Assembly: GCF_006345805.1 (NCBI RefSeq)
Contig: NC_043006.1
Coordinates: forward strand, 63,426,001 to 63,490,000
Length of the DNA: 64,000 nucleotides
Direction of reading: 5' to 3'
Origin: Octopus sinensis
Lineage: Eukaryota
In this document: positions 34,695 through 46,754 of the stretch, one piece after another
Position numbering within the stretch: the first letter of the stretch is position 1
Layout of the letters: every line of letters starts with the position of its first letter
The notes under the pieces: model-generated
What the model saw: only the letters and a program-made list of their open reading frames with translations
Databases searched by the model: none
What the model was told of the DNA's origin: nothing
Position numbers and translations under genes: made by a program

Positions 34695-35606
34695 ACGCCC
34701 CCTCTTTTTTCTGTCTTAAACTTTCTTGAGTGTACATTCACTATGTACGTCCTATAGGCTTTTGTTGCTTTTTCTGATTTTGCTTTTATTTTTGATTTGC
34801 CTATATACTGTATTTTAACGTGTATAAGGAACCCTTTTTTGTCAAAACTTAGGTTTAAAAAAATATGGATAGTGTTATAATCCCTTAAAAAATCTTTTTT
34901 TACCAATTATCAAACCCCAAAATTTAGGGAGTTCCCTATACATGATAAAATACGGTGTGTGTGTGTGTGTGTGTCACACTTGTAGAAACAAGGAAAGAAT
35001 ATGCACACACAAATACATATAGTTGATATATGTATATTGTGTGTATGTATGTATGTATGGATGGATACATTGTATGTATGTGTGGAGTGGTATATGTGTA
35101 TTTATTGCATGTATGTATGTATGTAGGTAGGTAGGTAGGTAGGTAGGTAGGTAGGTCGGAATGCATGCGTATAAATATAAGGGAGTAAACATAAGCGTGG
35201 AGACATGTAAAAACAGACATCGACACATACATAATGTTAAATGGTACACAGGACTACACACAACATATATAACTGGATACACATATATGCATTCAAAGAT
35301 ACAAGATAAAAAACATTACACACAAGAATACACAGATGGAAACACATTCAAAAATACACCGTGATACACACTTATGCATAAACAGATGTATGAACATACA
35401 TACATCAACTTACACATGGATTCGCATATAAACACGGATACACAAAATCACATACAAATACACGCCCAAATAAAAACGTACATTGATAAACAGTTAAACA
35501 TGGGCTGATACACCCTTACACAAACGCGCGCGCACACTGATACACATGTAAGCACATACGTAGATACGCATAAACATATACATCAATGCATACAATAAAC
35601 ATAGAT

Positions 35607-35642
<36 letters not shown>

Positions 35643-35763
35643 TGGCCTGCTCGTTTAGCCAGCGGGGTGGCGTCATTTGAAGGCTAAAACAATGCGTAGC
35701 GCATTGTGACCAGCGATGTGTACCAACATTTGATAGTCTGGTCGGTCACGTTGATCACGGTGA
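35643..35763 (+). mobile_element. SINE family C, 3' fragment
   Basis: ggcctgctcgtttagccagcggggtggcgtcatttgaaggctaaaacaatgcg...gatcacggtgat matches 55120-55216. Confidence 0.8.
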
Positions 35764-35921
35764 TATATATAAATATAAACGGAAGCAGGTGTCTAGAATA
35801 TACATTTCATTTCATTTTCATATCATTTCACCTAGTTTCAGCTCACGATCTGTGGCCATGCTGGGGCACTGCCATTTATATGTTTATATAATCTGCACAG
35901 GTGGATGGATAGATGGATGGA

Positions 35922-36347
35922 TGTTCACCGTCGTCTATGAAGCGCTGGAGATGTCGCAGTCTCAGCGAATGTCTGCGCATCATCAACAACGGCATATCCA
36001 GCCCTCCATTTAGCTGATGTTGACAGAAAATAAATCACTTAACCCTCCATGAAAAGCGGAAGGGTATGCGTTCCAGGTTCGTGAAGGTAGGGTCGGGACA
36101 AAGCACGACGGTCACATGGTAGTAGATGAGGGATGCGATGTACGCATTCGCCACCTCAGCCCGACCTTTTAGAGATAGCTTCCTCTCGCCCCTTAGCCAG
36201 GTGAGATTGACCTCTCTGCTCATTATCTCATCCCAGTTCTTCTCCATTTGGAGGTCTGGACTGAACCAAACCCCGAGCAATTTCACCGTTCCGTCGGGGC
36301 AAGGCACGACGGTCAGACGGTAGTAGATAGCGGATGCGATGTACGCC
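35922..36347 (-). pseudogene. Tx1/L1-like ORF2 fragment (C-terminal RT/thumb region)
   Basis: VKLLGVWF..NWDEI..RKLSLKGRAEVANAYIASLIYY..CP..LERIPFRFSW, then (frameshift) GGLDMPLLMMRRHSLRLRHL. These are the L1/Tx1-type LSLxGR and GGLxxP motifs. Confidence 0.75.
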
Positions 36348-37407
36348 CTAATAAAGTAAAAGTCGTGATGTTTGTATGACTGTGCAGCAAGACATCCCCA
36401 GAATCTCCTAAAGAAGTATCATCCTTGCCAGAATTAACATTTCTCTATCTTCAAGAAAAGGAATGGTCCTAGATTACCTTAAACATTAGATTCTTCGATC
36501 TTCACAACGAATAAACTTCAAAAATTGTTGTTCAAACAGACCATTCCCTATTTCTTCGTTTTCTTGATTTTTAACTTGACTTTTTTTATCTTTTGTTATT
36601 CTTCCTATATATTTTCTAGTAGTTTTCTGTCATCTACAATCTGTAGGAGTGGAAGCATTTATAAGAAGCTTTGTAGCTTATATGTAACCTCAGGCTATGA
36701 GCAAATAGCATGACATAATTAATTATAGTGCACAAGTTGCAAATTAATTGACTGTAAACACCAATTTCTATTTATATTTCAGGTATGTGCAAACAGCGTT
36801 TAACGTAATTAGAGAAAAATACATTAAAAATAATATTTTTAATGTTAATTTGTAATATTCTTTAAAAAAAATAACCCTTGCGGGAATTAATTCATGTTTT
36901 ATATAAGTGAAGTGCTATAAATTTGAGGCGTTGTCTCAAATTAATAAATCGATATATTCTTGGAAATATTTAACATTCACGTGTTGATTATAGAATAAGA
37001 CAATGAATTGACATATTTAGTTAATATAAGACACTTTAATGTATAGTAAAGATAGATTAACAACGAATAGATTCCATAAATTTTCTCTTCACTCTTACTT
37101 GTTTTGCTTTATTACTCTTTTACTTGCTTACCACTATGATGGCGCATTATATTCAAGAGTATTTTTATTCATCATCGAAGCCAGTTCTTATTTCGAACAA
37201 GTATAATTTATCGATGTATATTTAGTGAATGGCTAAGTTACCTTTTTAAGTAAATGGATGCATAGATTTGCAATGGTAGTCATAAACATACGCACATGTA
37301 TATAGGTGTATGTACACACATATTCACTGAGAGAATGAAAGGTAAAGTCGGTGGAATTTGAAGTCAGGCTGCAAAGAGGGCCGAAATGCCGTCGCGGTAA
37401 CGATTCT

Positions 37408-37641
37408 TATTTCTTTATTGCCCACAAGGGGTTAAACATAGAGAGGACAAACAAGGACAGACAAACAGATTAAGTCGATTACATCGACCCCAGTGCGTAA
37501 CTGGTACTTAATTTATCGACCCCGAAAGGATGAAAAGCAAAGTCAACCTCGGCGGAATTTGAACTCAGAACGTAGTGGCAGACGAAATACCGCCAAGCAT
37601 TTCGCCCGGCGTGCTAACGACTCTGCCAGCTCGCCGCCTTA
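37408..37641 (-). mobile_element. SINE family B with extended 3' tail, joined to an older family-B head remnant (37325-37407)
   Basis: Near-consensus head and central domain. The tail ...cccttgtgggcaataaagaaata continues directly into agaatcgtta... of a degenerate second copy. Confidence 0.88.
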
Positions 37642-38497
37642 GCAGTGACAGTAATAATAACCTCGATAATGGTTAATGTTGACGTCGAGACGATGACAAT
37701 GATGATGATGCTACATAGAGACACACGTATACACATAAACACCCATACAAACACATGCATATACACACAAATACAAGTACACACTATCGCATACATATAT
37801 AAATAAACAGTTTTAAAAAATAAGTGCAAAATGAATAAATAGATAGATAAATACACCTTATAGATAGAGAGCGAGAAGGAGAAGTAAAGTAAGAACGAAA
37901 GAGACAAAGAAAAGAAAATATAGCAAAAAAGAGAGAGGGGGGAAGGTAGAGATACTTAAAAAAGGTGAGGTTAATAGTCAATCTTTTAAATAAATTGATT
38001 TCTGAAAACAGATAAACACACCCGTTTTCCAATTTTGGGGAATAAATTAGAAAATAAATATAAATACAAGCATGCAAGAATATAATGGTATGTGTAGATC
38101 GTGACCTAATATTTGGTGGGACCTACCCTATAGATACATATGTGCCTAGTTATACATGCACTATATGTGTTGGCACACATTTTCTGTCTGCCCAGCTTAT
38201 TTAATTCCTTGCCACAGGTATAGTTAAGTTTTTTGTTGTGGAATGGATACGCTGTCTGAAAAGAAAAATGGCTTGATCAAAGGTGGAATTCTATCGAGCC
38301 GGAGCAATCCAACAGCGTATAACATATGAACAAGAAATAACAGGATTAATTTTACTGAAGAAAAAGAAATGATTCGATTACATTTTTAGTGGAAGCACAA
38401 TTCACTATTAAGCACTCATCCAGTGAATCTCAGTAGAGGTCTGTTCCAATTTTAGATTCCAAATCAACTATTTGCTGTCACTAATTCTCCTTTTCTC

Positions 38498-38566
<69 letters not shown>

Positions 38567-39653
38567 TCAATAAGTTATACGACCACTTCACTTATGTTTC
38601 TTAGTCTTTTAGAATGAATACATTTGAGATGAATCGATGCTATCATCACTTGTCATACGACCAGTGAACCGCGTTAATAACGCTAGCCAATAAAAGAAAC
38701 GCCATCCATTGTGAACTCTTGTACAGTAAACAAGTGACAAGAAATGCAATTTCAATATTAAATAATCTTTCAAACGCTTACTTTTAAGTTGCTCAGGTCG
38801 TTACGAATTTTTGTTTTGTAGCTATTATAGTTTTGGTTTTTTTTATATAATCTGTGACTAAAAACAAATCATTTCTCAGCGACAATGAAAACGAATCGCG
38901 AACTTAGGTTAAATTATTTTGCAGAAGGTTTCATTCGGAATAATTCCATTCAGAGAATACACAAAACAAATTTTCTTCTGAATTGCTTCAGGTTAGGCTC
39001 TTTATGTTAAATCAACATCCCAGAATGTTCACACACATTTACAACATACATAAATGTGTGTTTCTGTCTCTGTATGTTATTACTTTTACATGTATAAAAA
39101 CAAAAATCAGATTTGCTTGCAGTTCTTCGTATTTTTTTTTAATTACTTTTACATGAGAACGTACGGAGAAAGATAAACTGATGGACAGACGGATAAGTAA
39201 ACAAACAAATAGATAGATAGATCCAGAGAGAGAGAGAGAGAGAAAAAGATTGACAAACAAATCTATAGTAGCAAGAACTCTCTAGACACGAGAATCCATA
39301 TAATAATTCGTTAACGTCTTAGTGATTTAGAAATTCTTTTAACAAGTAGAACCCATGGCAATTCCACAGAACGAAAAAAGATTAAGAGAAGCTATTTTAG
39401 AAAGAAAGGATTATTTGCATCTTCATTTATATTTTGCTAAGTTATTCCACTTCCAGTCGCAATAATATATTATATAACTTTAACATTTCCCTCTACTAAG
39501 CACATTATATTTATCTCTTTCTTTCTAACCTCGTCAGCAAACATTTTGACCATGGAATTTCCCTCTTCCTGTCTTTGATATTTCTCTCTTTCTCTTCACC
39601 TCTCACTCCCACTAATCATATGTGTGACAGCATAATGCATCAGATGGCTCTCT

Positions 39654-39733
<80 letters not shown>

Positions 39734-40013
39734 TTTCACATTCTCTCTTCCTCTCTCTCAGTCCACCTTCCCCTTTTTCCTAACAAACTATAATATGCTT
39801 CTACGAACAGGTAGAAGAATAATATAATTTTAGTTCAGTAAAAATACTTTTCACAATCAACACACCACCACCACCATCACCATCATCATCACTATAGTTT
39901 TCAGGAACAAAGCTCGTTTCATTTTCAGTTCAGCTGATTATTTATATCTGCTTTTTCTTGCTGTCGATGTATCTCTACTCTGACAATACAAACACTATCT
40001 CTATTTTTCTCTC

Positions 40014-40061
<48 letters not shown>

Positions 40062-40820
40062 AAACTACCTCCCCTGTTCATCTCTATCTGCCTTTCTTCA
40101 ACCTCACCACCAGAACATCCCCCTTTGCTGAATATTGTATCCTAAACATATCTCTGTTTTTTTTATTTCCATCCCCACACGTCGTTAACACTTCTCTCTC
40201 CCTCTTTTCTCTCACCGTCTTTTTCTCTCGCTCCTCGCTTCTCTCATCAACTAACCACGTGAGCCTTAGTGTATTATTATACTCTTTTCTTCTCTACTCA
40301 CATTCCCCCTCTCTCTCACACACACTATTACTCCACTTCTCACTCACTCTATCTCCACCTCTCTAACTAACTAAAGTATAAAGGGTGAGCGGACAAGCAG
40401 ATTATTATGTAAATTTTCAACTAAGATATTTTCAACTTACTTCTCTAGAGAATCTGTTTATCCAGATCTCAGTACATGTTACGTCCAAGACACCACTATT
40501 TTATACTGCATTCTATTATGAGTATTGTATCATATCAAAACCACTAACAGAAATTTAATTGTATGGTCAACAAATTATGTTCCACAATAGTTATTTGTAT
40601 CTGGGGTCTCCGTATGTCTTGTTGGCCGTACATCAGCACAATCTACCTATCTGTTTATCTACTGTCTGTCTATCTACTTCTCTAGCTACCTGCCTATCAA
40701 TCTACCATTCTACCTACCTTTAAAATCAACCTAAGTACCTAGCTGTCTATGTTTATCTATCTCCCTTCCTACCTACGGAGATATCTACCTATCTGTAAGT
40801 GTGCATGTGTATGTGTGTGT

Positions 40821-41112
<292 letters not shown>

Positions 41113-41212
41113 GCAATATTGTACACGGGCAGATGTTAAAAGCGTAAATTTAAATATGATAACGAATATTTAAATATGACAAGTAAATAACTTAACCTAA
41201 GAACCTGACTAA

Positions 41213-41653
41213 TGAATTTATCAACAGAATGAGCTGGACAGCTCAATACTACGATCGTAAATCAAAACAATCTGATAAAACTAATAAACTTGGATACATA
41301 CAATATGAAATCTTATAAAATCCTCCTCCAAATCCTGCACTTGCCAACTTCGAAAAGGACTTGATACAAATGATTGAAATATATATATACATATTGATAC
41401 GTCTTCGATATATTTTAGTATATATGCATCAATGTTCACATGTGTATATTTTTTAATGTATCAATTACCTTATATGTTTATATATTTTTAATATACCTAT
41501 ATATTTTTAATGTATCTATGTATTTTGATATATTCTATATAATAATTATGTGCTTTTGGTGATTCTTCTATATCAATTCTATTGATGAAAGCGAGTTGGA
41601 TTATTATTTGAGGACTGAATTCTCTGGTGTGATCCTCACTTATATATGCATAC

Positions 41654-41745
<92 letters not shown>

Positions 41746-42572
41746 AAAAAAATTAAAAAAGGAAATACACATACACACTTTACATATTTTTATTATAATT
41801 TTGGATATATCGACCGGTTTCGCTTTCGCTATTCATGATTTTATGATTTACTCATTTGAATATGTATTTTCTTAAGAACAAATTTTGTCCATGTTATGTG
41901 TGATGATATTTACGAGTGAATTACTTCACAAGTAGAAAAATACAGACCTGGTAGGTCTATACATCTTGGATAACATAAGTAGAGGATTCCCCGAATTAAC
42001 CGGAGGCCTATATAGGGATGACGCACTATTCTTAGTTTACAACGGTTCAAATAGACGCCTAGAACTGCTAAAAAAAGAGGTTATATAAATTCTTTAATAG
42101 GTTTGGCCTAGCCATAACCATAGAAAATTAAAACTATTCTATAAACTATTTAGATGCAAATTGTAACTTAAATACCGGACTTCTTGAGCCTTATACTAAA
42201 GAAAACTCTACACTAAGATATATAAACAGCTCAAGTAACCATCCCTTACAAATAAAAAAGCGCTACTATTGAATATAAGTAAAAGAATTTCAAATCTATC
42301 TTCTAATGAAGAAATCTTTAATAAGCACAAGGAAAAATATAACATAACACTAAAAAATGCGGGATATAAATGTAAAATTAAATATCAAGAAATATTAACT
42401 ATAGTAGCCAGAATAGAGCAACTACATCCAGCCCCAATAATTAGGACGAAGGTAACACTACCAAAGACAAAGATAAATATAAATATAATAATAAAAATAT
42501 CAGGAATACGATAGAGACCCATAAAAAAAATAATAACCATAATAACAACAGCAACAACAACATCAACAATAA

Positions 42573-42638
<66 letters not shown>

Positions 42639-42960
42639 GATAATGATACTGATAAAATGGTTAGTAATAACAATAATAATAATAGTAATAGTAATAAAAA
42701 TAATAATAATAATAATAATATTAAATATAAAAACAAAAATAGGAATAATAACAGAAAAGTTACCCATCATGTAGAAAACCCTAATAAGAAAATTATTGAA
42801 ATTGATATCCTGTGGTTGATCATCCCTTTCGCTATGCAGATTAAGAATGACATAGTAAAAACAATATTTAGATTAATTAACAAACACGTTACAAAAGAAA
42901 ATAATAAAACAATAAGAATAGGGTATAGTCTAAACATAACCTAGCCACTATCAAATCCTC
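41213..42960 (+). mobile_element. Penelope-like element remnant (N-terminal piece, RT C-terminal half/thumb, AAT-expanded linker)
   Basis: EFINRMSWTA..PP..LANFEKDLIQMIE (41213-41380); TDLVGLYIL..GLYRDDAL (from 41942); SNHP..ISKRISNLSSNEEIF..AGY; ILWLIIPF..IFRLINKH. Most of the RT palm is missing and is replaced by a ~560-bp AT-rich segment. Confidence 0.8.
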
Positions 42961-43111
42961 AATTAATAATAGAAACTGGATACCTTCTACCTAAGTAGAA
43001 AAAATAACAACAATTATACATACACAAGTAATAATAATAATAATAAAATAATAATAATAATAATAATAATATAATAATAATAATAATAAAATAATAATAA
43101 TAATAATAATA

Positions 43112-43214
43112 GTGCCTGGTGTACCTTTATCAGACGGGTAGTCATGATGGGTATATTGGGCTTCGTATATTTTACCCCAGTGTCAATTTGATGGCATGAA
43201 CTGCTCTCTCACTC
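43112..43214 (+). mobile_element. 3' fragment of non-coding element X inserted in (AAT)n
   Basis: Matches 44424-44526. Flanked on both sides by (AAT)n. Confidence 0.85.
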
Positions 43215-43237
43215 AATAATAATAATAATAATAATAA

Positions 43238-43999
43238 GTCGTGTATGCCGACAACAAAATGAGACCATTGATCATGTTGTCTCCAAATGCAGTCTTCTAG
43301 CGCCTACAGAGTACCTCAACAGGCATGATAGAGCTGCACAATGTATTCACTGGGTAATTTGCAAAAACCTGGATTTGCCCCATGAAAAAAACTGGTGGGA
43401 ACACAATCCACCTCCAGTGCTTGAAAATGACCACATCTCACTCCTCTGGAACTTCACCATTCAAACTGACAGAAAGATAGATGCAAATAGGCCAGACATC
43501 ATATTGAAAGACTTCAGACAAAGAACATGCCTCCTCATTGATATGACTGTCCCAATCGATATAAACGTATCTGTCAAGACCTACCAAAAACTGAGCAAAT
43601 ATAAAGATCTTGAAATAGAAATCAGCAAAATGTGGAACCTGAAGACTAAAACAATACATGTTGTCATAGGTGCCCTGGGAATGATAGCGAAAGGGGATGA
43701 TTGCTACCTAACTCAGATACCAGGAAACCCCAAAATGACAGAAATTCAAAAGATAGTGCTCATGGGAACTGCTCATATCCTACGCAAAATACTCTCTATG
43801 TAATCCCAAGGTTTAAAACAAACATTAAAAAAAATTTTTTTATGTATTAGACATTCACTAGTACAACACCAAAAAACCTCCCCAAATATATGGCACACTA
43901 GGCATAACAACAACGTGAACTTCCAACCTGTTGTCTCTTGAGGTCTCTGGGTGAGACTTGGAGCCAACTTGTACAGACATAAAGCAAAAGTCAAACATA

Positions 44000-44000
<1 letters not shown>
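43238..44000 (+). mobile_element. 5'-truncated R4/Dong-like non-LTR retrotransposon (zinc knuckle plus restriction-like endonuclease plus 3' UTR) inserted in (TAA)n
   Basis: Open frame RVCRQQNETIDHVVSKC..RHD..LWNFTIQTDRKIDANRPDII..LIDMTVP..KLSKYKDL..GALG..LMGTAHILRKILSM* (stop 43803). Both flanks are (AAT)n. Confidence 0.9.
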
Positions 44001-44043
<43 letters not shown>

Positions 44044-44051
44044 GTAATAAT

Positions 44052-44526
44052 GTCTTGGTATAAAAGATGGGCTACAGCAAATATTCTACTCAGTACCACA
44101 GATTTGCTTGTCAGTTGTTTGACCTTAACCAGTTGAGCATGTCCCTTAGTGGCTGACGATATGTGCATCTCTGATCACGAGCAGAAGTAGTGGGGGAGCA
44201 TCATAGCCATGTGTTGAGAAGGATTGTTTGGGGTTTGAATAATTCACCTCTGGAAACATGGGTGTTTCGTTCAACGTCCTTAAACAACCCTTATTCAGGG
44301 ACCTTTTGAGCGGGATGGGTTACTCGATCTGAAGAAAATTCTAACTGGGCTCCACCTGCAAGGTCATGTGCTGTTTATCTTGATATGAGATCACCATGTC
44401 GCGCACATATGGTTGTGATGCATGTGCCTGGTGTACCCTTATCAGACGGGTAGTCATGATGGGTATACTGGGCTTCGTATATTTTACCCCAGTGTCACTT
44501 TGATGGCATGCTCTGCTCGCTCACTC
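44052..44526 (+). mobile_element. Non-coding element X (~475 bp) ending ctcactc(aat)n, flanked by (AAT)n
   Basis: Its last ~100 bp are duplicated at 43112-43214. It has no credible ORF. Confidence 0.75.
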
Positions 44527-44582
<56 letters not shown>

Positions 44583-44593
44583 TGATGATGATG

Positions 44594-44664
<71 letters not shown>

Positions 44665-44924
44665 TAATAATAATAACAATAGTAACAACAATAATAACAT
44701 TATAGGTGTAAGCAATTGCCATAGTACTAATAATGTAATGAATATCACCCACAATAATATAAACCCCACACAGCTACTTAAAACATGTAATTGTAGAATC
44801 AGCAGTAATTGTGTATTCAATAATCACTGCATTAGAAAAGAAGTCGTGTGTCAATGTTTATTAAGTACACAATATGGTAGTAAGTTACATGTGGAGCGAC
44901 CAAATTGAATATAAAAATACATAT

Positions 44925-45239
44925 AAAAAATTTCTAATCGATGAACTTTTATCTTTCCTTATATATTATATATAAATATATAATATATATGATATATAAG
45001 GAAAGATAAAAGTTCATCGGTTAGAAATTTTTTCGATTAAAAATTACTTTTTAAGATAAATGGAAAACCTATTATGAAAAGCCAGTGTCCAAGCAAAAAA
45101 GAAGAAACCATATTTACATTCCTTATGGCCATTTCAGGGAATGCAAATATGGTTTCTTCTTTTTTGCTTGGACACTGGCTTTTCATAATAGGTTTTCCCC
45201 TTATCTTAAAAAGTAATTTTTAATCGAAAAAATTCCTAA
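44925..45239. repeat. Two overlapping long inverted repeats (double foldback)
   Basis: Hairpin 1 spans 44925-45033 (~40-bp arms, 1 mismatch, TA-rich loop). Hairpin 2 spans 45021-45239 (~100-bp arms, 4 mismatches, centre atggccat). Confidence 0.92.
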
Positions 45240-45244
45240 TTGCA

Positions 45245-45660
45245 CAAGGACAGCAATTTTTTGGGAGGGGTAGGTCGATTACATCGACACCAGTGCTAAA
45301 TTGGTACTATTTTATCGACTCTGAAAGGATAAAAGGCAAAGTCAAACACGGTGGTATTTGAATTCAGAAAGTAAACAGTCGGAAAAATACCGTCAAGCAT
45401 TTAATCCGACGCACTAACAATTCTGCCATCTTGCCACCTTGTGTAATAATCCTTTCTACTATGAGCACAAGGCCTAAATTTTGGGGAGAAGTGAAGCTTG
45501 ACGATTACATCGACCCCAGTGCTCGGCTGGAACTTATCCCATCGACTCCGAAAGGAAAATTCGACTTCGGCCAAATTTGAACTCAGAAAGAAATGCCGCT
45601 AAGCATTTTGCCTGGCGGGGTAACGATTCTGCCAACTCGCCACCTTACCGCCTTGCGTAA
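45245..45660 (-). mobile_element. Two adjacent SINE family B copies
   Basis: Central-domain and head matches at ~45245-45440 and ~45455-45655. Confidence 0.75.
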
Positions 45661-45998
45661 TAATAATATCTTTGAAAATATCACTTGTGTTAACTGAAAT
45701 GTGATCAGAAAAAATATCAAATAAATAAATTAAATCAATAAAATAAACTTGAAAAATATAAAAACAAATAATTTTTCTGTTTTAATTTTTATTGTTTACT
45801 TCTTGTATTTTGTTTAGTTATTACTTAATATAAAATCAAAAATCAAAGATGTGCACTTTTTTCCTATTTTGTTATCAATATATATAGTTTTCTGTATTTT
45901 TTATTTTTTAAAGAATGCATTTATTTCCTTCTTTCACTATCGCTGTTATTTATTCGTTTATTTGTTTTTAAATTTCTTCCTTTAGTCATATATATATA

Positions 45999-46079
<81 letters not shown>

Positions 46080-46153
46080 CATGCATACATACATACATAC
46101 ATACATACATACATAAATACATACATACATACATACATACATACATACATACA

Positions 46154-46186
<33 letters not shown>

Positions 46187-46407
46187 TTATTTATCTATTT
46201 ATTTTCAGATGCAATTTCGCCTAAGAATGCTGGAATACTGTAAAAGCTAACAATCCCCACAAATTATTGAGTTCCACGAAACATTCTCTCAAGCTTTTTT
46301 TTCTGCTTCTTTTATTTCATTTTCTACTTTTCTTCTTTTACATTTTCTTTATCATTTCAGGTTTGTCGTTGCTGCTGTATTTCTAAAATAAATTTTAAAA
46401 ACTGTTT

Positions 46408-46473
<66 letters not shown>

Positions 46474-46754
46474 TCTCTCTCTCTCTTTCTGCCTCTGTTT
46501 TGCTTTGCTAAACCCTTAATTTACTTGTAACATTTTAAATTTTAGGTTGATATTTGCCGACTAGCAAATTTCAACGTATTATTATGCAGAATCTGTCGGT
46601 ATCAAAGAAAGAATTACAAAAACGTGGAGTAAATAGTGAGAAATTTTAGTTTTCGATATTTACCATGCCAAGAACGGAAATTCTACTTAAGACGAGATTT
46701 GGTGGAAAATGAGTAGAATATATATTTTATTTTCCGATATATACATATATCCTG

